A stretch of DNA of 63,950 nucleotides, filler included, from Octopus bimaculoides (GCF_001194135.2; 5 parts of 5 records of this genome joined end to end with filler, not necessarily neighbours in it), one strand, 5' to 3'; positions 36,053 through 48,039 are shown, numbered from the whole stretch's first letter. The notes: generated by a model from the sequence alone, not told the origin. Program-made: numbers and translations.

Positions 36053-36929
36053 ATATATATGCGTTGTCTACTCGCAGCTACTTGTTCAATTTTCAGATCG
36101 TTAACTTAATGTAATTCAGTTAACGAGCTGAATGTAATTCAGTTAAAAAGCTCTTCACTATACAATTCGTTTATTTTGCGTACCGTCCGCATTTACTCTC
36201 CCGGTACTTATACTCGCACATCGAACTTCAGTTCGTTATGCGTCTTTACTATTCTTCAGAAAACTCGTTCGCTATTCAGTTTCTTCGTTTAGAGAACCAT
36301 TCGTATATGGGTGCTCCACCGTACTTTTTAAAGCCAGTTGAACTGTGGACACAGGACGACATCACCCGTTATTGTATAGCAACAATGGATTTTCATGATG
36401 GCAGCACATTACGTATCTAATCAGTGTTTTATTACTCTCGCAATCATTATATCATATATTTCCCAAGGATGCCACACTCTTACCAAATTTCAAATAATGG
36501 ATACTTTCTTTTGCTTCTTGCTAATATTCTTCTGCATTTTCTATGTGATTACCGGGAAATGTAATTATACACCAACCATTAAACGCACGTGACTGCTATT
36601 ATAGTGTTTTATTGAGAAAAAACAACAACAATAACAACAACAACGACAATACCAGCGTTTTGAAAGAGCATTGGAGGCAAAAAACAACATTTTCAATGAA
36701 CCGCAAAAAAAAAAAAAGAATTTTCAATGAAATTTCATTCTCAAATAGGGAACAAATATTCTTAAAGTGATTTAGAAAATTTTTTGAGATGATAATGGCA
36801 TTTTTCACCAAACGAAATACCTTATCGTGGTTTATAATGGTTTCTAACTCTAACATATGATTTCATGTTTCTTGGAAAGAAGAGTAATTAATTTGCTAGA
36901 CTCCAGTACATTACTGGTACTTATTTGAA

Positions 36930-37135
36930 TTGGATTGGATTGCCTATGTTCAGTCCACTGCAGGATAAACGCCTCAGCATGTTTACTCCATCAACCACGG
37001 TACGATGTGGTAGCCGTGAAGTTTGACTTGAGATCAAACTGGTTTGACGAGCCTACTCTGTCACACTGGTTTGGCATGGCTTGACAGAGGGGTTCGATAT
37101 GGCTTTTGAGTAGTTTTTATACTGTTATCTACAAG
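36930..37135 (-). mobile_element. RTE-like LINE/SINE 3' end
   Basis: Minus strand ends GAGGCGTTTATCCTGCAGTGGACTGAACATAGGC plus (AATCC)n, resembling the ..GGCCT.TGTCCTGCAGTGGAC 3' motif of RTE-type elements. Confidence 0.45.
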
Positions 37136-38371
37136 TAATTAAATCGGTTGCATCTAATTTTGTTAATCCAAAATTCAAAAGGCTCAACACAAGTTCAGAA
37201 AAAAAGCACCCCATGAACATAAGCATTCATTTTCATTCATATAAGCATGCGAATACAGCTTCACACCAACAGCTCACCCCCGTGTCATTACAATTAAAAA
37301 TCACACACACATATGCACACGCGATATATATGTAAACAGTAAAACAAAATTAATCACTGGTCACATGACAATGAATAAAGAACAGACATGTCGGCTTTTA
37401 TAAGTTCATCGGCTGTGGCGAAAGGACTTTAACAATTTAATTATCAATCCATTTATTTATTTACTAATTATTTAATTAATTATCTAATTAATTGACAATA
37501 AGCCTGAAGTGAAATACAACCAATGAGTATGTTTTAGGGGCAGCATACCTTCTTGACAAAACTACAGCTTTATATGTACACTAATGTCGACGTAGGGAGA
37601 GAATGAGAGGGTGACGGTGCCTCTGATGCGAACGAAAATAAGAGCATTCAATACAGCGTAAAGCAGAATACATAACGTTACACTATTGTTACAATGATAC
37701 ACAGATGGCAAATACAAAGAAGAGAATGGGAAATTAAAACGCTTCGGCTACTTCACCAAAAAAGTGTTAAGATAAATGACAAGCCGAGCAGGAAAAACAA
37801 ACCAACGATGGCGTAAACAAAATATTTTCCTCTTTTATGTTCAAACTTCTTGTTATTTTGCCTTAAGATAAGGCATCAGATAGCGTGAAAAAGGATGTTA
37901 CGGCTCAGAGGAGAATGATACCCGCGGAAGACACGACAGCAGCGTAGGAAGATGTCTTGGATAAACAACAGCTTACACGAGTATCTCTCAAAGTCTTGTG
38001 CTTAAAGCTAGGTTATCACCAATTTGAATTTCAAATTTAAAAGGTTGACGTGTTCAATCATCAGACGTGATCTTGTGCTTTATTCAAAAGGAAGGGAAGA
38101 AGAGGAGATCAAGTTCCGATTGTTTGCGCGATAAGGGAGACAACTCCAGCATAGGGAAAAAGCTTCTTGACGCTTTCAGTAAACGCCCCCCTATAAACTA
38201 ATGATATAGAAAACTCTTTAACAAGTAAATAAACTTAGAACTAATTACGAAATAGGCATTATATGAACGTAAGACATTATATATATAAAACACTATATAT
38301 ATATATATATATATTACGGAGATGAACTTGCATAGCAAGTGACCTGATCTGAGATCGTGTGCTGGAAGGAA

Positions 38372-38650
38372 AACAATTGCAGCGTGGAAGGTGTTTATAA
38401 GCCATTTAAGAAAAAAGAAAAAACAAAAACCGTTAGATTCACTTCAATGTTTAAATTTAATTTTCCCAAATATTTTCGTCGCTTTGAAACCGTGACCTGT
38501 TCCGTGCAGCACGGAATTTTGTCAGTGAACAAGTCGCGGTCTCAAAGCGACGAAAATATTTTGGCAAATTAAATTTAAATGGTGAAGTGAATCTAACGGT
38601 TTAGTGTGTTTCTTAAATGGCTTATAAACACCTTCCACGCTGAAATTTGT
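38372..38650. mobile_element. Palindromic MITE (~120 bp arms, ~24 bp spacer)
   Basis: CAGCGTGGAAGGTGTTTATAAGCCATTTAAGAAA...AACCGTTAGATTCACTTCA...TATTTTCGTCGCTTTGA.ACCG.GAC.TGTTC (38380-38500) is mirrored at 38525-38642. Confidence 0.9.
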
Positions 38651-39069
38651 TCAACATTAATATTTGATAGTATACTAATATACCCATTAATATGGGAGAA
38701 TTATTGAAATGGGCAAAGTGCTGATGAGGGGAAAAAACAGGTTGGTAGTGAAGCAAAAAAGAGGAAATTTAAGATTTCTTATCGGCTTAAAAATAACTAA
38801 ACGTTTGTCTTGTAGCAAACGCTTTGTGTCGGAGAGAAGCATATTGATATGAAGACATGTACGCAGAGTAGATTAGCAGGGTTGATTAGGTAGATTTGTT
38901 GGTTGGTTGGTAGGTGGGTCGGGAAGTAGGTAGTTAAGTATAGAAGACTGCCAGTTGGATTAGTATGGTGTAGATCGATTGAGTAAAACGTCAGTGAACG
39001 ATCAGACAACGAGGCAAGACAAAATGCGAAGACAGTAAGACAAAGGCAAAAAATTATATAAGAAATATG

Positions 39070-39075
39070 TTGCTG

Positions 39076-39167
<92 letters not shown>

Positions 39168-39238
39168 GATAGTGATGATAATAATACTAAGGATGATGAT
39201 GATAATGATCATGATAATAATAATGATANNNNNNNNNN

Positions 39239-39300
<62 letters not shown>

Positions 39301-39321
39301 GTAATGAAAAATAAATTAATA

Positions 39322-39380
<59 letters not shown>

Positions 39381-39400
39381 TAATAATGATAATAATAAAG
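39070..39400. repeat. Compound (CTA)n-(ATA)n-(ATG)n microsatellite
   Basis: Read directly. Confidence 0.95.
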
Positions 39401-39513
39401 GAATCATAAATAACGGTTTGCTTCGATGCAACCGGAATGGAATTTGACACGGATTTTTAATCAATTTTTGATATGCAATGTTTAATTCTATTTTTTAATT
39501 TTTAACTTATCTG

Positions 39514-39516
39514 GGA

Positions 39517-39569
<53 letters not shown>

Positions 39570-39662
39570 NNNNNNNNNNNNNNNNNNNNNNNNNNNNNNN
39601 NNNNNNNNNNNNNNNNNNNNNNNNNNNNNNNNNNNNNNNNNNNNNNNNNNNNNNNNNNNNNN

Positions 39663-39718
<56 letters not shown>
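39514..39718. repeat. (GA)n microsatellite with internal gap
   Basis: Read directly. Confidence 0.95.
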
Positions 39719-39724
<6 letters not shown>

Positions 39725-40253
39725 CATTCAAAAACATTTCTCACATATTTCGTTTTAACAAGATTTTTACTGATTTTGGGAGAGTAAAGAAAAGAGAACC
39801 ACAACAACGACAAATGCGCCGGAAAAAATATTCAAGGGAAATGTGGGAAAAAAATCCGAAAAGTAGCAATGATAATGATGATGATGATGATGATACTGAG
39901 AAATACTTTTCAAGCAGATATGAAACTCTGGGAAAGTAAAATCAGTAGAAGACAAGAGGTACAAGAGGTGTTGTGTATAACACGTAACGGGATAATAAGA
40001 CATCAGCAACGAAGAAGGAATTTAGTATCAAACAAACTACCGACCAAACAAACAGCCAACCAACAAAAAAAAACAAACAAGCCAACCAACCAGCCAACCA
40101 ATCGACCGACTGACCGACCGACCGCCGACCGACCAACCAACCAGCCAACCAACNNNNNNNNNNNNNNNNNNNNNNNNNNNNNNNNNNNNNNNNNNNNTTA
40201 ATTAATTAANNNNNNNNNNNNNNNNNNNNNNNNNNNNNNNNNNNNNNNNNNNN

Positions 40254-40826
40254 ACCTGCTGTCGCGTGTGGGATGATCCGGCTATCAGCTGAATCCATTG
40301 TGAAGATTGCCCCACCGCCCTCTTTTGCCCGGGAGGGGCAAGCAATTTTTATTTGTCTAGTGGTTGTAGCGAAAGACATAGTATGGTGGACCCGTTTGAA
40401 AGGGCTGAAGACAGATACTTTCCTCTTTGGCCAAACCCTCATCAAATTTTTCAAGTTTCACTTGAAAAAGAAGTTGAGAGTGGAGAAGTAAGTGTTGCCT
40501 TGTAGCAAGTTTGTTGAAAGGTGGGTGAATGTTGGAAGAATAGCCAGTATGAAAGGGCCACTTCTGAGCGTGCATCTGTAAAAACAAGGAGAAGGGCTCT
40601 TGCCCTGTTGTTCAGGCACCCATGGCTTTTGTGGGGTTTTCCACGCGAACCTTAAAGCGCCTCCCCTATTGGGAGTTTTAATTTGTTCAATTTTTATTGT
40701 TATTATATTGTGTACACGCGGTAAAACCCATTGTATCTTCCTGTTTTTGTCTTTTATGTTGTTGTATGTCAATTAATGTTGTATGTCAATTAATGTATGA
40801 GAGCCCTTGTAGCTAATAAAAGAAGT
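40254..40826 (+). mobile_element. L1/Tx1-like LINE 3' end with poly(A) signal and (TAA)n tail
   Basis: Frame ...AREGQAIFICLVVVAKDIVWWTRLKGL...FFKFHLKKKLRVEK*VLPCSKFVERWVNVGRIA...SVHL*, then a T-rich UTR, GCTAATAAAAGAAG and (TAA)n. Confidence 0.6.
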
Positions 40827-40904
40827 AATAATAATAATAATAATAATAATAATTATTATTATTATTATTATTATTAATATTATTATTATTATTATTAGAC
40901 AGTA

Positions 40905-43602
40905 TGAAGAACGCGATGTGATGCAATAGATATTTTATTGGTTGAACGATAGTTCGATAGCTAGCATGTCTTTTCACTTTAAATTTTGAACTCGACAAAG
41001 ACACACTGGCCGTCGAAATATCGTTCAACCAATAAAATATCTACTACAATTGCATCGTGATCTTCGTATTGCTTATTTACATTTGTGAAGAGTTACGTCA
41101 ATCTTTCAAAATACCAAAATAAGTAGACTGAGATAATTGATTTTATGTTACATTGAATAAGAATTGGAACATTTAGAAATTACCAAAGCAGTCGGTTGTC
41201 TAAGGAAAATCGTAATATAAATTACAGCTTTTGCGTTTTATTCTTTCTTACAGTTGGTTTGTCAGCCCTGTTAGTTTCGCTAGACACCAGTGTTGAGCTC
41301 AATTCTGAGCCACTAGATTTTGTACCATTTAAATACGAATCAGAAAATGAGAAATCAACATTTCTATCAGTTAAAAACCTTCATCATTTCTGGAAACATG
41401 CAAACTAGAAAAAAGTTATACCGTACGGTTTTACATCAAATATATCACTATGTGCATCACAGCCTGACGATTCATTGCTTCAAAAGTTTAAATTGATTGG
41501 GGAGACCAATTGATTTCACATAATGGAAGCTATTATTGAACACTGTCGTTCAAAATTAGTATTGCTTGTTGCAGATATTAAGGAGATATTGAGTGTCCTT
41601 GAACAGGTATGTTCTAAAAATTGTTTCAACTATTTGTGTAATTGTTTGGTGAACTTTGAAAAAAAGGAAATTTCGTCTCTGAAGACAAAAAGGGAAAAGA
41701 AGCTGAAAAAGCTGATTTCCCATTCCTCAACATTTTGGTTGAGAGCATTTGCTTTGAAATATGAGAAGTCGCTTTTACTTTCGGGGCAAATGTTATGTAA
41801 CAAACTTATTGACGCCGGGTTGAAAGGCATAGCGGAAATTTTCCTGAAATTCCAATACAACCAACCATTTTTTTCTCACACGGAATTTCTAACATACAGT
41901 CCACGCCGCATACTGTTCATTCATCACACAAAAAAACAATCGTTTTGTTTTGTTGACCAATTTTTTCGGAGATGTTTATATTTATAAGTTTTAACCTACC
42001 AGTACCACGGGAATTAACAGCACAAATAACAATGCTGTACTCACCACACACAAATATATTTCCTACAGTTCAACAAGTTCATATTACTAATCCCAGGTTG
42101 GCGCATATGAATGTGATCTTTTTGCTTTGGTGTACGGATTTGGACTGATTGGAAACGTTCCAGAGAAGTTTTTATTTGATCAGTCAAGAATGCAAGCATA
42201 TTTAAGATTTTGCCTCAAAAACAATGAACCTGTTCCTTTCCCGAAAGTAAAGGCTTTTCAAATGCCTACATAACCCACAAAAGTCACTCACTTTCTATCA
42301 CCCACCCAAAAATGGATTACTCCTAGAAAGACAACAAAAAATTATGACTTCTCACATGAACATTCAGAACAATTTTTATCACCCTATATGTTCCATGTTT
42401 TAAGAGAAGATTTCGAGCAAAGCACAAAATGTAGCCAGGAATCTAATGAAAGTCAAACTCTACAAACGACTTGCCCAAGACTCCGGAAACTACTTGCCCC
42501 CAAAATCCATCACACTAGAGAATAAGTCGGTCATGAATTTATCTAAACTAAAACTTTTATCCGACGGTGTCTCTGTCTTGGAGCTTGGACCGAGTTTCTG
42601 CCCAAGCACTAAGAATTTCGACAAGAATAAACTAGCTCAAGGGCTATTTCAGTTTTCCGCCGTCACAAACTGAGGGAATATTTGTTTTTAAAAAATGGTA
42701 GCGAGGAGTCAGAAAACCCAATGCTTTACTGATGTTACATGGATGTTTCTTCCTTATATCCCAATATTGACCACGATGAAGGGGTAGAAGCATGCATGGA
42801 TGCCTTCGAAAAACAGTCAAGCAATAGTCTTCCATCTAATTTTCTCTGTAGGCTATTGAGGTTTGTGTTACAAAGTAACAATGAATTTTGGACAAAACTT
42901 TTATCACCAGATGAGGGGTCGCGTCATGGGTACACCCATTGCAGTTAATTATGCTAATATCTTCATGACGAAATTCGAGGCACAGTTACTGAAGACATTC
43001 AAATCCTTACATGTTCATGAACCAATACTCTAGTTACGGTTCATTGATGACGTTTTTTTTTTGTCTGGGAAGGATCGCAGGATAGTTTAATTGACTTCTT
43101 GCATTTCTGTGATTGTTATGCGAAAAATTATGGCTTTAAGTCCAACATAAAATTTACGTCTAGTTTTTCAAAAACTAGAGTTGAAGTTTTGGACACAAAG
43201 ATTAAGTTTTCTGGACGCAGAACAATGACAGAGTTATTTTGCTAGCCCACGTCATCCCACATTTACCTCTACCTCCGCTCCGATAATCCAGATCATATAA
43301 TTCAGTCAAATCCGAAATTCAAACTTTTGAGGATAAAACAGATTTGTACTGACATAGAGGATTACTGGAAACATGCAAATGCTTTTGTACACCACTATGT
43401 CAAACTCGGTTACAGTGAATCATGGTTAAAGGAAATTGCAAATGACATAGCTAAGATTAGCAAAGAAAGTCAAACTTTCACGCATAATTTTAGCAAAGTA
43501 CAATATCTGACAGAATTCCTTTCGTGATTAACTGGCGCCGAGATTTCGCTCTTCGTATTGTTAGTTTACCTTTGTGAAGAGTTACGTCAATCCTTTTAAA
43601 AT
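40905..43602 (+). mobile_element. Penelope-like element: upstream pLTR, N-terminal domain and RT; GIY-YIG missing; decayed
   Basis: Peptides VMNLSKLKL..GVSVLELGPSFCP, MDVSSLYPNIDHDEG, YHQMRG.VMGTPIAVNYANIFM, LRFIDDVF, HIYLYLRSDNPDH...LRIKQIC and DRIPFVINW. A ~52 bp direct repeat lies at 41061-41112 and 43550-43602. Confidence 0.88.
40986..41028 (+). ncRNA. Decayed minimal type I hammerhead motif in the Penelope pLTR
   Basis: TTGAAC tcgacaa A GAC-loop-GTC GAAA T ATC GTTCAA. Stem I is a perfect 6 bp, stem II is 3 bp, GAAA and an AUC triplet are present, and the CUGANGA box is corrupted. Confidence 0.45.
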
Positions 43603-43659
43603 ATAATAATAATAATTATTATTATTATTGATTGAGAGCGCAGTGCATGCCCCTAATAG

Positions 43660-45180
43660 CTGTCCCTAATAACACTGTTTTCTGCAGCTGTAACTAAACT
43701 GGGTTCATGCCTATTTCCTCTATCCATCTGTTCAAATTTTAGGGATAGTTCCCAATGCACCTATAACAAATGGTATACATTTTACCTTCACTTTCAATAG
43801 TCTCTGTAATTCAATAGCTAGGTCCTGGTACTTTGCTATTTTTTCTATGCTTCTCATATGACTTCTTTCATCATTTAGGACTGTAAAGTCAATTATCTGG
43901 CACTTTCTATTCTCTTTATCTACTTCTACCAAATCAGGCCTTCTAGCTTCTATTATTCTGTCAGTCTGAATGTTAAAGTCCCACAACATTTTGTATTTCT
44001 TACTTTCTATTACTTTACTAGGTTCATATTCATACCATTTACTAGTATGTTCAAATCCTAGCTTTCTACATAATTCCCAGTGGATTGCTCTCCCTAGATT
44101 GTTATGTCTTTTCTTGTATTCATTCTGTGCCAGCATAATATATGAGTAACGCTTTCCTCTTTTGATTTGCATGATCTACATTGAGAATCTACTTGGTTTT
44201 TGCCTATTTTGGCTTTTATCCAATTAGTCCTCAATGCTTGATCGTGTGCAGCTACTAACAAACTTTCTGTTTTCCTCTTCAGCTTTCCTTTCTGTAGCCA
44301 TAACCATATCTTTGGGAATCTACCACGCAATGCCTTCTCCTGCCAGTCAGGTAATTTCTGTTCTTTTGTCTGATTTTTAAATTCGTTTGGTGTTTTGGTT
44401 GGTTTTCCTATGTCTTGCTGTGAGTCTAGCAGCTTTTAATAAACTTTCTTCACTATTACCTACATAGAAGTCTATATCTACTCTAGCTAACTCCAGTCTT
44501 CTCCTGACATTAACCCTCTTCCACCTTCCCTTCTAGGTAGGTATAATCTTGCTACTCCTGCCCCTGGGTGGAGTGTTCCATTCATATTGAATTCCTTCCT
44601 AGTTCTTCTGTCTAGCTTTGCTAATTCAGTTTTTGTCCAATCTACAAAAGATGCTGAGCATCTAAGTAATGATACTGCCCAAGTATTTACAGCCTTCACT
44701 AGATTCGGACCATTTAACTTTAACTTCATTAACTTCCTCACCCTGATGTACTCCTCAATTATCGTTTTCATTTCTGTAGTTGGCCCCCTGGCAGATTCTA
44801 ATACTCCTAGATACTTATAACTCTCTCCTCCTTTGAATGATTTTAATGTCTGGCTATCTGAAATTGGATGCCTTCGCTATTGACTACTTGTCCCCTTCTC
44901 ATGACTAATATTTCACACTTATCTATGCCAAATTCCATGCCTATATCTTTGCTGAAGAGTATAACAATCTACATTAATGAATCTATCTCATTCATTCTTA
45001 CTAAAAAGCTTCAGCTCATCCATGTAGAGCAAATGGTTAATTTTTCCTCTACTATTTCTGAAATAATACCCTGCCTTTGCCTTCCTTAATACTAAACTGA
45101 AGGGGATCAAACATAAACCAAATATTAAAGGGGACAACGAGTCCCCCTGGAAAATTCCGCTTTTGAGAGTGTATCATCTG
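43660..45180 (-). mobile_element. R4/Dong-like LINE (RT C-half, CCHC knuckle, REL endonuclease), decayed
   Basis: Peptides GIFQGDSLSPLIF, YKYLGV, NLVKAVNTWAV, RLYLPRREGGRGL, QCRSCKSKEESVTH, LWDFNIQTDRIIEARRPDLV, IIDF, KIAKYQDLA, IGALGTIP and LQKTVLLGTA. Confidence 0.92.
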
Positions 45181-45299
45181 AGTATAGATCTACTTTCCAT
45201 TTCTTCATTATTTCATGGAAATTGGCCATGAAGGCCTTACATAGAAGCAATGCGGGCTGGACATTTACATTAATGAAATGAGAAATGACAAAATGCAAA

Positions 45300-46080
45300 T
45301 GTTATAAATGAGAGGGGTATTCGGCGCCCACCGACCGGAAACCCCTCGAAATCACTGTTCTTTTACAATTCAAATTACATACAGTCAAATCAAATCAAAT
45401 CACATCAAATCAAATAATCAAAATAACATAATTTAATAATCAATGAATAGGCACTTAAGCCGCTTATACTTCTTCTCCGAGCAACTTTTTTGCAGCCCGC
45501 AGGCAAGCCTGCTGCGACAAGTCGGGGCCTATTCCAAAGAATTGAATATCTTTCTTTCTAAAGGAGGCCATTATCTGGAACAACTCTGAGTTGCTCAGAA
45601 CCTCCGCGTACACCAGNNNNNNNNNNNNNNNNNNNNNNNNNNNNNNNNNNNNNNNNNNNNNNNNNNNNNNNNNNNNNNNNNNNNNNNNNNNNNNNNNNNN
45701 NNNNNNNNNNNNNNNNNNNNNNNNNNNNNNNNNNNNNNNNNNNNNNNNNNNNNNNNNNNNNNNNNNNNNNNNNNNNNNNNNNNNNNNNNNNNNNNNNNNN
45801 NNNNNNNNNNNNNNNNNNNNNNNNNNNNNNNNNNNNNNNNNNNNNNNNNNNNNNNNNNNNNNNNNNNNNNNNNNNNNNNNNNNNNNNNNNNNNNNNNNNN
45901 NNNNNNNNNNNNNNNNNNNNNNNNNNNNNNNNNNNNNNNNNNNNNNNNNNNNNNNNNNNNNNNNNNNNNNNNNNNNNNNNNNNNNNNNNNNNNNNNTATC
46001 AGCTTCCTCCCACAATATGTGAGGAGGAACAAAATTTCCTCGCCCTCAAGGGGTTCGCTTGCAAATTTGCAAGCTTCCTC

Positions 46081-46081
<1 letters not shown>
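45300..46081 (-). mobile_element. Unclassified retroelement-like 3' fragment (ORF end, UTR, stem-loop) spanning a gap
   Basis: Minus frame EEACKFASEPLEGEEILFLLTYCGRKLI-gap-LVYAEVLSNSELFQIMASFRKKDIQFFGIGPDLSQQACLRAAKKLLGEEV*, then (TTTGA)n and the hairpin GAGGGGT..ACCCCTC. No diagnostic domain was recognised. Confidence 0.35.
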
Positions 46082-46144
<63 letters not shown>

Positions 46145-46155
46145 CATCATTATCA
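46082..46155. repeat. (ATT)n/(ATC)n tail of the adjacent LINE
   Basis: Read directly. Confidence 0.95.
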
Positions 46156-46680
46156 TAGACGTTGCACAGTATACAATATTGTGAGGTTGTTGATTGCAGA
46201 TATTGTGTCTACCGGGAGTTTGTACTGTCTATCAAGTCACAATGAAGACCTCAGACAGACAGTACTTTGGGCAATATGCGTGCAATTTCAATTATTGCCG
46301 ACTTTTGCAATACGTTTAGATTGTAAGGTATTTCGAAGGTTTTGAGATGCTTTTTCAGATTGGGTGGTATTGAACCCAATGCTCCGATGACAGTAAGGAT
46401 AATCTTTATGTTCAACTCACGTAACTGCTTCATCTTGGCGATCCCAATTCTCAGGTATCCATATTTGTCAACTTTTACTCTTTCGTTTATGATGATGTGT
46501 TGATCTCCTGGCACTGCTACATCGATTATTAGGCACTCTTGTTTGTCCCTCCTAAAGGTTACTATATCCGGCGTTCGGTGTTCTAACACTTTGTCTGTCT
46601 GGAAATCAAAGTCCCAGAGGATTTTTGCCGTCCCCTTTTTGTTCATTACCTTTTCAACGAGTTTTAACATCCAGTCGTTA
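46156..46680 (-). mobile_element. R4/Dong-like LINE REL-endonuclease C-terminus plus 3'UTR
   Basis: ORF 46670-46251: ILWDFDFQTDKVLEHRTPDIV...CLIIDVAVPGD...KVDKY...VIGALGSIP...LQKSA..ARIL.KVL*, then ~95 bp UTR and an (AAT)n tail. Confidence 0.92.
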
Positions 46681-46744
46681 GTTGAGTCAAGATGTTAGGT
46701 CAGTCACTTGCGGTTGTTCCATAAAAAATTTCAAACTGGATCAA

Positions 46745-46872
46745 GCCTTTTGAGATCCCAGGGCTCAGTTCCACTGCATGGCACCTTAGACAAGTGTCTT
46801 CTACTATAGACTCGGGCCGACCAAAGCCTTGTGAGTGGATTTGGCAGGCGGAAACGGAAAGAAACTTGTTGT
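46745..46872 (+). mobile_element. SINE family B head fragment
   Basis: GGCACCTTAGACAAGTGTCTTCTACTATAG.CTCGGGCCGACCAAAGCCTTGTGAGTGGATTTGG. Confidence 0.9.
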
Positions 46873-46887
46873 ACATACATACATACA

Positions 46888-46918
<31 letters not shown>

Positions 46919-47196
46919 GTATGTAAGTATGTATGTATGTGTNNNNNNNNNNNNNNNNNNNNNNNNNNNNNNNNNNNNNNNNNNNNNNNNNNNNNNNNNN
47001 NNNNNNNNNNNNNNNNNNNNNNNNNNNNNNNNNNNNNNNNNNNNNNNNNNNNNNNNNNNNNNNNNNNNNNNNNNNNNNNNNNNNNNNNNNNNNNNNNNNN
47101 NNNNNNNNNNNNNNNNNNNNNNNNNNNNNNNNNNCACACATATATACATACACACACACACATATATATATACACACACACACCCACATATATATA

Positions 47197-47873
47197 CGAG
47201 GTCTGATCAATAAGTATCCGGACTCTTGTCATAGTGACGAAGCTAAAGCACGCAGAGTAAAGTCGCTCGGCAAAGATTGACCCTGCACTTTGCTGTGCAC
47301 GCGCAGTAGGTTTTAACGTTCTAACTCACTTCCACTGTTTACAGCAGTGTTTAGAAAGAAAGTGTGTTGCGTGTGATCGTCACATTGACCATGATAGAGA
47401 AAGTTGTCATGGCGATATCTGCTCAGAGGTCTAAGCAAAGTTGCAGAAGTTGTATGGAGAGGAGAAGTGTATGAGCTGCACACAAGTGTATGAGTGGCTC
47501 AGACGTTTCCAAGAAAATGCCGATATTGACGAATGTTCTAGGAGGCCCACAAACAGCAGAACTGCGAAAAACATCGCAGATGTGCGTGCAACTGTGAGGG
47601 GAAATCATGAAATCACAATCCATCAGTTATCAGAGGATGTGCAGATTAGTTACGGTTCAGTTCAGTTCATTATCAATGAAGATTTGGGTTTGAGACGCGT
47701 GTCTGCCAACTTTATGCCAAAACTGCTTTCAGCTGAACAAGAAGTTACTCGCCTTGATTGTGTCGAGAACGATGAAAACTTTTTGGAAACTTTGCGTAGG
47801 CTTCTAAGCAGGTATCGCTAAGCTTTTGGCAAATTTTGATGCAGATTCTCTGCTCAACTTCCTCTGTCATGGC
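47197..47873 (+). mobile_element. Mariner 5' fragment (left TIR, HTH region) with an inverted duplication at its right end
   Basis: TA|CGAGGTCTGATCAATAAGTATCCGGAC TIR-like start. Peptide MSCTQVYEWLRRF...RRPTNSRT...ITIHQLSEDVQISYGSVQFII.EDLGLRRVSANFMPKLLS. 47787-47873 is an inverted copy of the ORF start. Confidence 0.88.
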
Positions 47874-48000
47874 CAATTAGTGTTCTAAATGAAGTGGAAT
47901 GGTTTTAAAATGGAATCGAAACTGGCTCGAAGACCGCACTAGCTGACTAGGTGCATTTCTTGCTTAGTTCTTGTTTTGTCGATGTTCACTGTATTCGTTC

Positions 48001-48039
<39 letters not shown>

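Noticed and set aside
40755-40796. Short tandem duplications (also 36107-36150, 48455-48490, 49145-49177, 56975-57015)
   Set aside because: Two or three adjacent copies without spacers; ordinary slippage duplications, not CRISPR-like arrays.
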